From Octopus sinensis (Eukaryota), in NCBI RefSeq assembly GCF_006345805.1, contig NC_042997.1, forward strand, positions 64,542,001 through 64,606,000: a DNA stretch of 64,000 nucleotides. Reading direction: 5' to 3'. Positions 26,949-40,338 of the stretch are shown here, piece after piece. The stretch's first letter is position 1, and each line of letters starts with the position of its first letter. A program made the translations under genes and the position numbers. The notes beneath the pieces are model-generated. The model was not told the origin of the DNA, ran no database searches, and was given only the letters and a program-made list of their open reading frames with translations.

Positions 26949-27963
26949 TTTGAACCAAGTCCTTTTTCTCCAAATTTATAGTCATATACCTATATCAAAG
27001 TTTATAATTCTCCCTACTTTTGTTGCTAAGATTCCTCCTTCCAGTGTTGTTGGAATTAAATTAAATAATTTACATTTTTATATCGACCGTGTTCGAGTTA
27101 GCTTTGTTTTTATCGACTTATTTAAAGCAGGGATACTAAATAATTACAAATAATAATTACGTTGCGAGACGGAATAAATATCAGTAAATTATGTTCATTT
27201 TGCTAGGGAGTGCAAAAACAACTCTGGATACATTCCAGTTTTATTATAATGCAGCTAAAGATAGATTTCACGAAACTTACACAATTACTCATGAATAAAT
27301 TAGTAAATAAATGCATAATACTGTACATTGGTTGATGTAGAAAAAATTGTTTAGAGAATAAATAAATCAGAGGCTCCATTCATGTATATATTAATGTTTT
27401 TATCAATATTATTTTAGAAATGGTATTTCGGAAAATTTTCTTCGTACACAGAATATTTCCAATTTCTTTGATTTCTCCGAAAGAGGAAGCTGGATACTGC
27501 TATTTTGGGTAATACCCGCCTCCGTCGTCACCACCCATGATGTATCGAACATTCTTTCTACTGTGAAGGCATAACTAACTAATAAATAAATAAAGTATAT
27601 TCCACTAAATCTAGACGATTAATCTTTCCTTTTCTTTATAAATATAACAATAAGAAAGAGAAAATGAACAAATATAACCTCTGTTCAAGAAAACATATTA
27701 TGAAAGGTCAAACCATGAGATTCTTCGAAAATTGTCTTTCAGTGTTAAACCATCACCACCATAGCAATCACCAACACAACAAATATGATGATTTCCTTTA
27801 AATAATAATAATGTTAATACTACTAAGAATATTGTCATGAATAAATCTGGCCACATATTACTCGCACATATATATACCAATATATAGAGGACATATATAT
27901 TGGGAGAGAGAGAGAGAGAGAGATGAATAAATAGATAGATTTACATATATACTTATATATATA

Positions 27964-28400
27964 CTAGCAAAAATACCAGTCGTTGACTGGGTTCAAAAAT
28001 GGCCCTCAAGAATTATACTCTGATTTATGAAATTTACTACTTTAATATTATTGATTGTTTTGTAGTTGAATATCTGCAAGCTCTTATTGCCAGGTTTCGG
28101 CATAAAAAATTATAATATTTTACTAATGGGACTGCTGATAGTCAGTCTCTTCAGCTCTTTCTCTTTTCCTGCGCTGACATTGCTTAGGTAGTCCAAATCT
28201 AATTTTTTTCGGAGGCATTGTAGTAGGGTGAATTAATCTATATGTGAGACAGGTGACTTAACTCATGTTAGCAAACTTACGGAATTCATTGGTGTGAAAA
28301 TTGGTAAAGGTTATGGTAAAAATCGATTTTTACCGCTATCCGGGGATGCCTCGGGAAAAATAAGTTGACAAAAGCACAGGCTTGTTCGTAACATGCGTGT
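27964..28400 (+). mobile_element. Possible Helentron-like non-autonomous element
   Basis: Starts actagcaaaaataccagtcgttgactggg (5' hairpin), like the actagcag...cccggcgttgctcggg family, and has an internal ccggggatgcctcggg hairpin. Right boundary uncertain. Confidence 0.35.
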
Positions 28401-28534
28401 TAATTTGTGGACGTGCATAAAGTACATTCACGCGCACACACACATCTTGCCTTATATATATATATGTATATATATGTATATATGTATATGTATATATGTA
28501 TATATATATATATATGTATTATATCTATATATTC

Positions 28535-28627
28535 ATTTATTTTATAGAAGGAGCTTCTACAGCACTAGAACTGTTTCATTCAAATGAAACAGTTCTAGTC
28601 CTGTAGAAGCTCCTCTATAAAATAAAT
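28535..28627. repeat. Near-perfect palindrome, ~45-bp arms, 2-nt loop
   Basis: 28535-28580 versus 28583-28627; one mismatch and one indel. Confidence 0.9.
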
Positions 28628-28728
28628 TAATTTACTCTGCAATGTATTGAGTACCTTATTTACTGTGGTTAACCCCGACTCAACCCGGGACCTACATATA
28701 TATATATATATATATATAGTGACATAGT

Positions 28729-29059
28729 GACCCCCTTCGGTCACACTGACCATGGGTTTGCACCTAGAGAGTTACTCTCTGAGGCACACGTCTGGGCAAG
28801 GTTGCTTCATGGAAGACCAGCAGTCGCCCATGCATACCGGCCTCCCCTCTCCACGTCACCGATGTTGTCCAAGGGAAAGGCAAGGGCGAATACAGCTTGG
28901 CACCTGTGACGTCGCAACTCATTCTACAGTCGAGTGAACTGGAGCAACGTGAAATCAAGTGTCTGCTCAAGAACACAACACGCAGCCCGGTCCGGGATTC
29001 GAGCTCACAACCTCACGATCGTAAGCTCGACGCTCTAACACTGAGCCACGCGCCTTCAC
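28729..29059 (-). mobile_element. tRNA-derived SINE family C
   Basis: Homologous to 16917-17251; head gtgaaggcgcgtggctcagtgttagagcg. Confidence 0.88.
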
Positions 29060-29062
29060 ATA

Positions 29063-29109
<47 letters not shown>

Positions 29110-29139
29110 GTATATATATAATATATACATATATATATA

Positions 29140-29193
<54 letters not shown>

Positions 29194-29194
29194 T

Positions 29195-29266
<72 letters not shown>

Positions 29267-29880
29267 AGAGAGAGAGAGAGAATAATTAAATCATGTAATT
29301 ATCCACTTTATAAAGCATAACTAATTAGCGATCTAATAGAGCTTCACGATTATGAAATAAAAAACGAGAGAACAAAGTTCAAATGTCAGTGTTCATATTC
29401 ACTCAATCCATTTCAAATTGTCGGAATTCTCCACAGTAGACATAGGTGCATTCATATACACAACATATAGTAAAAATTTACAAGAATATAAAAAAAATTA
29501 TAAATATATAAACATGTAGAAAATTATCAATATATAAATTCATAAATGTCCTTGCGAGGTTGAATGTCCGTATTAAATCAATGAGGAGGGTAGATGAGGA
29601 AGTTAGTATAAAATGATTTTAAGAGGAATCCTGAATAAGTGCAAAGTCTGAATAAGTGCAAAGATATAGGTTGGTATGGGCGAGCTAACTCCAACCACTG
29701 CCATCCTCTATACTTCTTTCATTATATATTCTCATTAGAATATATATTTGCAGTGAAGAGCAAATAATTTAATAAAATCAGTTTAAATTCAAATCAAGTT
29801 AAAGCTCCCACTGAATTACCATCCTTGTATGGAGAGTCACAGTTATAAAGTCAAATAATCTACCATTCTCCGATCACCTC

Positions 29881-30240
29881 TTTTACTCTTTTACTTGTTT
29901 CAGTCATTTGACTGCGGCCATGCTGGAGCACCGCCTTTAGTCGAGCAAATCACCCCGGGACTTATTTTTTGTAAGCTCAGTACTTATTCTATCGGTTCTT
30001 TTGCCAAACCGCTAAGTTACAGGGACGTAAACACACCAGCATCGGTTGTCAAGCAATGCTAGGGGGACAAACACAGACACACAAACACATAAACACACAT
30101 ATATATACGACAGGCTTCTTTCAGTTTCCTTCTACAAAATCCACTCACAAAATCGACCCCAAGATGCCACGCAGTGGGACTGAACCCGGAACCATGTGGC
30201 TGGTTAGCAAGCTACTTACCACACAGCCACTCCTGCGCCT
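29881..30240 (-). mobile_element. SINE family A
   Basis: Head aggcgcaggagtggctgtgtggtaag; tail gactgaaacaagtaaaagagtaaaa; internal deletion. Confidence 0.88.
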
Positions 30241-30423
30241 ATATTTTTACCTTATTATTAATTCTAGTTATAGCTATCGGAATCCTTACATACGATATTA
30301 GGAAAAGAATTAGAAAATGTGAGAGAAACCTATTTGAAAATTATAAAACTAAATCACAAATGAGCTAATATCAATACTGATATGTGTTATCACTATACTT
30401 CAAAGAAAATCATGAACAAAGCA

Positions 30424-31353
30424 GGATCTGCTCAGTTTGGCTCACAGATTTTTAAATAATTATTGTTTATTTTTAACTAAACAGTTTGTAACTTCGTATA
30501 CTGTGTAATTTCTCATGCTCAACACGGTTTGCTTTCAACATTTTTGACAAAATTTCGTATTTTAAAAGTTATTTCGTGTTAAATTTGTTGCATTCGGGTA
30601 ATTTTAACCAATGAACGAAGTGTATTCAGTTGAAGAAATCTACTGCTTTTTGCGAAAGTAATCGAAGAGGAAGAACTTCCAGGTCATCTCTACTAAATGT
30701 CACCACTCTGTTCTTTTATATTTTTGTTGCACATTACACGCGTTTTTTTGCTTTTGGTTCTCGCGTAGGAGTAACTAGTAAAATCGAAAAATCAACACCA
30801 AGAAGGAAGAAATATTATTTACATATATTTATTCGTTTGCCCGACATGTAGTTAGAGAGACAGAAGTAATTGTAGTGGCAGTGACAAGTTCGCTCGTTTG
30901 TTGGTAGTTGGTATTGTAGAAGTGGCTGTCTGCCAGTAGAGAGAGAAAGAGTAAGGGATGCACGGTGCTGACTAGGAAGGAAGAAAAGATAATGTTGGCA
31001 TCGTCTTTCTTGCGGCTGAAAGCTTCTCTATTGTGTCAGCTATGACCAAGGAACAACACTTTCCCTTCGCCCTTCGCTCGACATACGAATAGAACAGAAT
31101 GTTGACATTTCGTAGAGATGACCCGGAAGTTGTTCCTCTTTGATAACTATCGCAAACAGCAGTAGCTTTCAACTGAATACAAGTCGTTGATTGGTTAAAA
31201 TTACCCAAATACAACAACTTTAACACGAAATAACTGTCGAAAATGTTGAAAGTAAAACGTGTTGAGCGTGAGGAATTACACCAGTATATGAAGTTTCAAA
31301 CTGTTTCCTTAAAAAAATAATGCAAATCTTTGTGAGCGAAACTGAAGAGATCC
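30424..31353. mobile_element. MITE with ~200+ bp imperfect TIRs and 8-bp TSD
   Basis: GGATC...GATCC termini; TSD ACAAAGCA at 30416-30423 and 31354-31361. Confidence 0.85.
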
Positions 31354-32004
31354 ACAAAGCATATATGCTTTTGTCTACGAAGCTTTATTATCAGATCATC
31401 TATACCACAGCATAGAAAGAATATATCAATCATGAAATGCACTAGAAAAGTATGCTAGGATTTAAAGAAAAGTTCATTAGTAGGAAGATAAATGCTAAAT
31501 AAATATATGTGCATAGAGGTTACATTCACTGCAGGACGGAGAAGTAAATGTAAATACAACACTGCTGATTTATGACAAGTAAACAGACGATGTAGTAAGG
31601 TAGAAACAATGGACAGAGATGAAAGATGAGTGAGGAAGGGACAAAAGAAGAAGTGAAAAAAAAAAGAAACCAGTTATTCAAACAATGTACATTAACAGAA
31701 ATGATACTTTGAAAAGTATAGACGACTTCTTTGAAATTAGAATTTTTCAGTCACAATGTATGTTTGATTTTGCTTTTTTTTTTTTGTTGTTGTTCTACTT
31801 GCTTTTCTTATTGCTCTTTGTCAACGAACGTGGTCTACATTCAATTTACGACTTTCTCATATTTTTTCTGTTATACTACTTAAAACTCAGTATAGTATCC
31901 GTGAGATTTGTCCGGATTCACCGGGTTGTCAAAGAACCACATAAGAGGCTGCTAGAAATAGCAGCCAAATAACCTTCAAAAAAGCGAAGAAAGCATACTA
32001 TAAT

Positions 32005-32217
32005 CTTTTCTACTCTTGGCACAAGGCCCTAAATTTTGGAGGAAGAGGCCAGTCTATTTGGTGGACCCCAGTACACAACTGGTTCTTAATTTATCGACCC
32101 CGAAAGAATGAAAGGCAAAGTGGGCCTCGGCGTAATTTGAACTCAGAACGTAATGACAGCTGAAATACACTAAGCATTTCGTCTGTCTTCATAATGTTTC
32201 TGCCAGCTTGCCACCTT
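32005..32217 (-). mobile_element. SINE family B (tRNA head plus Meta-like domain)
   Basis: tttgcctttcattctttcggggtcgataaattaag resembles the MetaSINE central domain; homologous to 42148 and 56092. Confidence 0.82.
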
Positions 32218-33334
32218 AAAAGAATATTATAATGAAGAGTAAAAGTCTTGACTAGGAACGTTATTTCTGGATAAGTCGTCTAAGTTAAGATTTCTGAATA
32301 TGAAATACACATTTTTAGTTAAAGTCTCTTAAAGTTTTCTTATTACAAACTTTTCACTGACAGAGCAACGAAGTTTTAATGATCTGCTCCAAAAGGTATC
32401 TATGTTTCTTTTAACGAAAATAGAAGGAAAATTAACTTCCCAATTCTTTCAAAGAATGTTTGTATTTAAACCGAATATATTTAGTATTAAATGTAGCATT
32501 TTAAATAAACAAACAATTTAAATTCAACATTTTACCAAACCACAGATAACGAACTAGTCAAGGATAAAATTCAAACTATTCTAAATTTTACAATATAAAA
32601 TGATATTTGTGATTACACAAATCAAAGAGAAAATACGAGAAAATGTCTGGGACTCAGTCGTTAAAAAACTTACATCACTTTCAGATAAGAGGCTAATGTG
32701 AATAACGCTATAATTCATCAAAGAGAATGAAATACATTGATAGTTATGTACAGCCGAGATCCAAGAACTATATACTTATTTTAGCAAAAATATTTGGTTA
32801 AGTGATTTAGATTAAAAGAAGATTTATCAAAGATTGAGATATTTGAAATAATGTCTCCATCTTGGTTATTATGTGAAAATCTTTGCATTTCAGACAGAAT
32901 TGGATTGATGTATCACAGTATATCGAGACAAATATCTTTAGAAGATCCACAATTCATTTTGTTAACAATAAATAAAATGACTGCATGTTAGTTATGTTAT
33001 CACAGGTACACACGGTACAAAAGAAATATATGCCCTTCAGTAAATACCAGCCTCATCGATTTTTGAATGTTGGAGAGACAGCGTCGCCAGTGGTGCTAAC
33101 TAAATCTCACCCTGTTGTATGATGAATAAGAATACTGCACTGTAAGTAATCTAACTATCGAGTGATGCGTTAGACTATACCAAATGCTGAGAACTATGGT
33201 AATAAGCAGCTTCTATTTCGCGATGAGTAACTCATTTTAGAGAACATCTGAGCGTAATATCTTCCAGTTCATACACGAGGTGAAATCAAAAATGTATGCA
33301 CTCCTGTTTCAGTAACGTATTAAAACAAAAGCAG

Positions 33335-33453
33335 AGGTCGAACAACTATTTTACGGGAATGTAAACACACCATCATCGGTTGTAAAGTGGTGGGAGGGAC
33401 AAAGACTGACACAAAGCTATTCAAACACACGCATATGTAAACACACACACACA

Positions 33454-33510
<57 letters not shown>

Positions 33511-33665
33511 CCACTGGCTTCTTTCAGTCTCCGTCATCCAAGTTTACACACAAGCCTTTGGTTGATCCGTAGCTATAGATCAAAACAATTGCCCAAGGAG
33601 CTACGCAGTAAGACTGAACCCACTTGAACCATGTGGTTGTATAGCAAACTTCTTACCCCACCCTC
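33335..33665 (-). mobile_element. SINE family A, degenerate
   Basis: Shared body motifs (aaacacaccatcatcggttgt, gcccaagg, gaaccatgtggttg). Confidence 0.7.
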
Positions 33666-34710
33666 CCCTCTCCTCTTATGAAATATGTAATTTTAATTAA
33701 AATTCCTTGCACTACACCAACAAAATCGGCCTTAGAGAAACACTTTTGTCACATAACGCTAACTGCTTTCTGGGGTTTCGTCTTTCTTCCACCAACTAGA
33801 TCTTATTTAATTCCAAACTGCTTCTGGCTCCCTTGTTGTAACCAATAGTAGGAAATACGTAAATGGTGTAAAGTTATACCAAAACTAACCAAATTGCTTA
33901 TTAGTCTGATGGGCTAATTTCAATTAAAAATACGCGATGATGCACAAAAATTTCAATATCTCATGTAGCATTTACATTTCATGGATGATGAGGATAATGA
34001 TTATGATGATGATTATAATAATAATGGGGATGGTGGTGGTGATGGTGCTGGTGTGGTGACAGAGAAAACTATAGAGATGGTGCCAGTGACAAGAAGGATG
34101 CCTATTGTTGTGTTGTCACTACTACAACTGTAAGTGCTAGTGATCACTATAGGATTACTGCGGTTGCAAATTTCCTCTTATTATATGGCAGTTTAATGTT
34201 TTGTTTAATTACAAGCCTTTCCGAGTATGCCAAGCTATGCTTACGGAAACCTATCGACAAAGTCATTCCAACAATGATTATTGCGTCTATATTTTGAATT
34301 TCTCGAAGGTGTACACTGACAAATGAGGTCTTCTTCCTGTAGGATGCGTGCACTTGAACACCCTCTGGTGGTAATAATATCAGTGATATTATTGTGGGGA
34401 TTGTTATTCAACCTCTGATAATCTTCTACCGAGTAGATCTATTATTAAAGGCATTCCTGCAGTATCAGTCCTACCTTTTGCAACTGCCGTCCTCCGACAG
34501 ACACAATAAGTCGACTTACTGTGTTTTGACGTGGAATGAATATTTTGATTCTTTGGATCATACCTCCTACATACTAGAACTATGATCATGGAAAGTGTTC
34601 AATTTTGTTTTATTGCACAACCAGTCATAGAGTCGAAAAAAAAATTAGGTTAACATTTTTTTTGCAATTATCGCAGTGTTTTCAAAGTTTTTTTTTTACT
34701 TACTTCATAA

Positions 34711-35112
34711 GTAAGTGTTGCTGCGTAAAACAAGCTTACTTTTCAACCATATGGTTCTGGCTTAGTTCCATTGAGTGGCACCTTGGGCAATTATCTTCTA
34801 TAGCCTCGGGCCGAACAAATCCTTGTTAGTGTAATTGGGTTGGCAGAAAAACAAAGAAGCTTGTCGTATATGTATGTGTGAGTATATGTGTGTGTATGTG
34901 TGTGTGTGTCTTTGTTTCTTCCACTGCTGCTTGACAACCGGTGTTGCTCTGTTTACGACCCCGTAGTCTAGCCGTTTTTCAAAAGAACCGATAGATTAAG
35001 TTCCAGACTTAACAAAATCAATTCCTGACGTCGATTCATTCGACTAAAAACACTTGAAGGCGGTGCTCCAGAATCGCAACAGTCTAATGACTGAAACAAT
35101 TAAAGGATAAAA
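34711..35112 (+). mobile_element. SINE family A, degenerate
   Basis: gtggcaccttgggcaa...tatagcctcgggccga...ggcggtgctccag...atgactgaaacaa. Confidence 0.78.
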
Positions 35113-35930
35113 GATACTATATTTTGCCGAGGAGTGCAATATGTCTTAAACTGCATTTTACTCTTGAGTCTCTCAGGCGCAATGTTTTACCTTTTCTTTC
35201 TTTTTTTCTTGTGTCAAATACTATTTTGTCCAATCTATATTTCTGTCATTAACACTGAGCCCTAATCGTACGGATTTTATAACCAAAGACCAAAACCCAT
35301 TTCATTCTGTTTTATAAATCTAAAGCCGCATTACAGAATATATCGCCTATTCTGTTGTTTAGATCCAGGTCATAAATCCATGTATGAAGGCATTCCAGTC
35401 GTTACTATCCCATCCATTTTATATTTGCACAGAACCTATAAACACATAGTTCAATGTAATCTTTTTATAAGGTTGTCGGTGTTTATTTGAGGGAAGTTTA
35501 ATTGTTATTTCTAGCATCTCGAAGGAGCAAGAAGAGGCTATTTCATTGACTTAGTATATCTTCCCGGGGTCTAAAAATGACACAGATTGGTAATTTGAAA
35601 GTGTTGTAGCTGCTATTTCTGCAGCTCATGAGCTTCCCATTCGCTTGTTTAGGTACTTGTACTGCGCTGTTACTGACACAGAAAACGCTATTAATCCGGT
35701 TTTTAATCCCGAAATCTCCGTTTTGATCTCACTGCAGAATAAAAAAAATTAGATAACTACGTTTTACTATAGCTCTGGAACGACTCAAACGTGGTAGTCG
35801 GAAACTGTTGTAAGATCGTCTGATGGATTGTACCTGTGAGAGAAAATGTGATATCAGCAGTGCCAGCTTAAAGGTTTCAATTCTGATCTATGTATGCTGT
35901 GGCTTATGATCAATATATAAATGATATGTA

Positions 35931-36112
35931 AAACGGCGTGCTGGCAGAATCGTCAGTTTACGTTCTGGGTTCAAAATCCGCCGAGATCGATTTGCCTCTC
36001 ATATCAATTGAGTATCGTTATGCGTATACTCATACCAGTTGAGTATCGGGGTCGATATAATCAACTTAACTCCACCCCTGAAATTACTGGTCTTGTGCCA
36101 AAATTTGAAAAT
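35931..36112 (+). mobile_element. SINE family B, degenerate
   Basis: ggcgtgctggcagaatcgt...ttacgttctgggttcaaaatccgccgag. Confidence 0.7.
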
Positions 36113-36299
36113 CAATGTATAACTACAGTTTGCGCCTTTGCACTGTTTTGCCGAGAGGCAGCTGATGCAAATGAGACGACCCTAGGTAACATATTCTAAC
36201 TCTCGTTGTGCGGTTATGTGGAATTCTCAGCTGCTTAAACGCCACGCCACTTTCATGAGTAGAAAGATTTTGTCGCTCGAACAAGAGAATATGCATCGT

Positions 36300-37040
36300 C
36301 AAAACCGAGGGAGATCCGTTTGCTGCAAAGCTTACGTTACCACTGCGGTTGTTATTGTACCAGAAATGCAGATGATGATATTGTCAAACTTGTTGCGTTT
36401 CCTGATAATATTGTTGTAGAAATAATAGATGCAGCTGTTGATGTTATTACTCCTCCCTTTTCTACTATTTCTGCTGCTGTTGCCGGTGTTGTTACTGCAG
36501 ACACTGAAGCGGCTGGCATAGGCTTTTCTTATAGTTGTTACAGCTGACACTAATGTGGCTGTTGTTATTACTGATGTGTTGTTGTTGTTTTTGTTGCTGC
36601 TGTTACTCGTGTTGTTGCCGATATGATTCTATAAGTTGTCGATGTGCATCATATCAGTTATGATTAGTTTTGATCCAGTCGTGACCATCACATCGATTAT
36701 TTAGGCTTAACATTTGAGTATATGCATATGTGTGTGTTTGTCTCTGTGTGTGTGTTTGTGTGTGTCTGTGTGTGTGTGCGTGCGTGTGTACTCTTGAATG
36801 TATCCCAAATTATTTCAGGTGTGAATGTTGGTGGTGGTAGTGGTAGTGGAAGGGGCAGGGGAGAAGTATCTACTTTTCCGTGCAGGACAAGCGATACCTA
36901 TTTCTTTATTATTTATTGTACAGGACAAGCGATACCGCGAACTCGATGCTGCTACTGCTAATTCTTCTATAGTTGACGAAGTTACGGTTATTGTCAATGC
37001 TGCTGCTTTTTTGTGACAATAGTAGTAGTAGTAGTAGTAA

Positions 37041-37088
<48 letters not shown>

Positions 37089-37134
37089 CAGCATCAGCAG
37101 CAGTAGCAGCAGTGGCAGCAGCAGCAACAGCAGC

Positions 37135-37188
<54 letters not shown>

Positions 37189-37257
37189 TGCAGCAGCAGC
37201 AGCAGTAGTAGCAACAGTAGCAGTAGTAGTAGTAGTTGTAGTAGTATTAGCAGCAGC

Positions 37258-37292
<35 letters not shown>

Positions 37293-38420
37293 CAACGTTG
37301 GTGATTGTTGTGGCATGCTGGATGCTGTGCTTCATGTTGCAACTGAAATTTTTATTGTTTCTAGCCGAAGTTATTTACTTTTCTTTTATTGACATCGCCT
37401 TTTTCCTCTATTCCTGTTCCCACTCTTGTTGCTGATCATGTTGCTGAAACTTTTTTTCCTTGTTCTTACTGTTGGTTTCATTGTTGTTGTCGCAAACTAA
37501 ATTTTTTTTTTTTCTTATATATATATATAACTGTTGTTTCCGCGGCCGTGATAACTACTGCAATACACTGCTCGCTGTTTCATTTACTGCAGTCACTGCT
37601 ACTGATGACACAGTTGCTCTTGTTATTTACAGCTGCAATTGTTGATGTCGTTATTATTACCGGCATCGCTATTGTTCACCTACTTCCTACTGCTGCTGCT
37701 GCTGCTGCTGCTGCAAATGATAATCATGATGATGGTGATGATGACGAAGATAACGGTGATGATGACGATGTTTATGATGATGACGGCAACGGTAACGACA
37801 GGCAAGGAAGAACTTGACAACGACAATGATGGGGACGATGGAAACGATGAGGGTATGGTGAATGTGACGGCGATAAGGAGGAGAAGGGGGTGAAGTCGGA
37901 GGAGATGGAGCCGAAACCTTGAAGTAGAAGAAATTGATGATGATGATAGTGATGATGATAATTAGACAGATTTGTAATTATAACGTTCATAGTTTTGGTA
38001 ATGATAATACTCATAGTATTACTCTTGCTGTTGTTGTTGTTGTTATTGATAGTGGTGGTGGTGGTGGTGGGAGAGTGGCGGGGTGGTGGTTATTTCTTGT
38101 TTTTTTTTGCGGTGGTGGTGGTGGTGATAGAGGACAACAACGACGACGTCATGATGATTTGATTATAATGATGATGATGATGACGGCAACGACGACGATG
38201 ACGTCGATGATGATGATGATGATCATCATCATCATGACGACGATGCTGCTGATTCTGCTACTGCTAATGATGATAACGAGGACGGTGACGATGACAATTT
38301 GATGATGATGATGATGATAATGATGATGATGATGATGATGATAATGATGATGATGATGAGGAGGAGGAGGAGGGGGAGGGGGAATATGATCACGACGATG
38401 ATGGTGGTGATGATTCACTT
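36300..38420. repeat. Patchwork of trinucleotide repeats: (GTA/GCA)n 37019-37293, (GCT)n, (GAT)n, (GGT)n
   Basis: Direct reading; source of the poly-L/S/T/V/M/H ORFs. Confidence 0.9.
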
Positions 38421-38721
38421 GTTATAGATGTTGCGGCATAAATTACGGAAGCAGGCAACTTTAATTTTGATTATGATTTCACTACAGTCTGAATAGTTTC
38501 ACTACAGCTGTAGGGAAGCAGATGAGTCAGAGAGTTAACAGCTGATTGACATGAATTTCAAAAACACACGCTTACACGCATGAACTCATGCATACTGGCA
38601 TAGACAATCGAACCAGCACGTGTTTTGCTATTTGCATACATACAGAATCAAAGACACATCCATACGCACCCGCGCACACAATCACACACGCGCACATTCT
38701 TCCGCACAGTATGTATATATC

Positions 38722-39122
38722 CTCTTCTACTCTAGGCACAAGGCCTGAAATTTCTGGGGAGGGGGCCCAGTCGATTAGATCGACCCCAGTACGCAACTGG
38801 TACCTAATTTATGAACCCTTCAGAGATGAAAAGCATAGTCGACATCGGCGGAATTTGAACTCAGAACGTAAAGATACACGACGAAATACGTATTTATTTA
38901 CTACCCACAAGGGACTAAACACAGAGAGAACAAACAATATCAGACAATCGGGTTAAGTCGATTATATCGACCCCAGTGCGTACCTGGTACTTATTTAATC
39001 GACCCCGAAAGGATGAAAGGCAAAGTCAACCTCGGCGGAATTTGAACTCAGAACGTAGCGGCAGACGAAATACTGCTAAACATTTCGCCCGGCGTGTTAA
39101 CGTTTCTGCCAGCTCGCCGCCT
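38722..39122 (-). mobile_element. Two adjacent SINE family B copies (38722-38885 truncated; 38890-39122 full)
   Basis: Head aaggcggcgagctggcagaaacgttaacacgccgggcgaaatg; the two copies have different tails. Confidence 0.85.
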
Positions 39123-39234
39123 TACAATATGTATATATGAAACTATAAATGTACATATATATGTATGTGTGAGTGTGTGTCAGTGAGTGTGTTTATGAGT
39201 GTGTGTGTGTGTGCGTGTCTATATTGTCCTCTTC

Positions 39235-39592
39235 TTCTTCCACTTGTTTCAGTCGTTTGACTTGTCTTCAGTGGAAGACTGACCACAGGACTTATTCGTT
39301 GTAAGCCTAGTATTTGTTCCATCGGCCTGTTTTGCCGAACCGCTAATTCACGGGGAATAAACATACCAGCGTCGGCTCTCTATTTCATTTAATATTTGTC
39401 TACCAAATCCACTCACAAGGCTTTGGTTGGCCTATGGTTATAATAGAATACATTTGCCCAAGGTGCCAAACACTGGGGCAGGGCCTGGAACCATGTTGTT
39501 GAGAAGCAAACTTCTTTATTTCGTCAAGTTTGCAATAAAGGCTTTACATAGATAGAAGCAAACTCTTTAACACACAGTCACCCCTGCGCCCA
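39235..39592 (-). mobile_element. SINE family A, degenerate
   Basis: cttgtttcagtcgtttgact...ccaaatccactcacaagg...gcccaaggtgcca. Confidence 0.75.
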
Positions 39593-39898
39593 TTGTATAT
39601 GTGCGTGCATGTATATATGTGTGTATATGTGTGTGAAATCGACGCCCTAAGCATTGATGTGTACTATTATAACTTTTTTTTACCAGTTCAAAGGTGCTCC
39701 GGGCATATTCTAACCGTTATCCATTCTCTGTATGTTCTCACGGAGAAAATATCTCGCTCAAGAAATATACGTGTAAACACGCCAAGTCAGTTCTCCTTTA
39801 CTTTTGCTTCTGTCTTTATTCTATCTTACTTTTTTCTTCCTTACTTTCTTCCTTCCTTTATTTCTGCGTGTTTAGCTGTCACAAATACACACACGAAC

Positions 39899-39982
<84 letters not shown>

Positions 39983-40049
39983 TATATATATATCTTGATG
40001 TATACACAGGCACACGCACCCATATATATATATAAATATATATATATAG

Positions 40050-40270
40050 TTAATCCAAACAAGAAAACACAAAAATACACAACAACGCGAGGGCGTGGGA
40101 CAAATATAGTATTACTGGACGCTCAGGAAAGAAGAAAAGAAGGAGGGCCCAACGTTTCGAGCGGAGCTGTTCGTCGGAGACATAGATGAAGGAAAGATCC
40201 CGAGAAGATAAGACAGAGGGAAAAAATCGCCAACGGTACACACGAGGTCACATTTTGAAAGACCGTATAT
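40050..40270 (-). mobile_element. PLE-like terminal repeat with HHR-like motif at 40145-40182
   Basis: Minus strand: gtct-CCGACGA-a-cagc-tcc-GCTC-GAAAC-GT-T-gggc; (TA)n on both sides. Confidence 0.55.
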
Positions 40271-40289
40271 ATGCATGGGTATCTATGTG

Positions 40290-40338
<49 letters not shown>

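Noticed and set aside
34147-35850. Minus-strand exon-like pieces (34525-34570, 35640-35737, 35770-35840) and the 68-aa ORF at 34147
   Set aside because: Individually plausible splice sites, but implausibly short introns or inconsistent phases and no homology.
36909-38418. 113-142 aa poly-Leu/Ser/Thr/Val/Met/His ORFs
   Set aside because: Open in many frames only because the trinucleotide repeats lack stops; no coding-like complexity.
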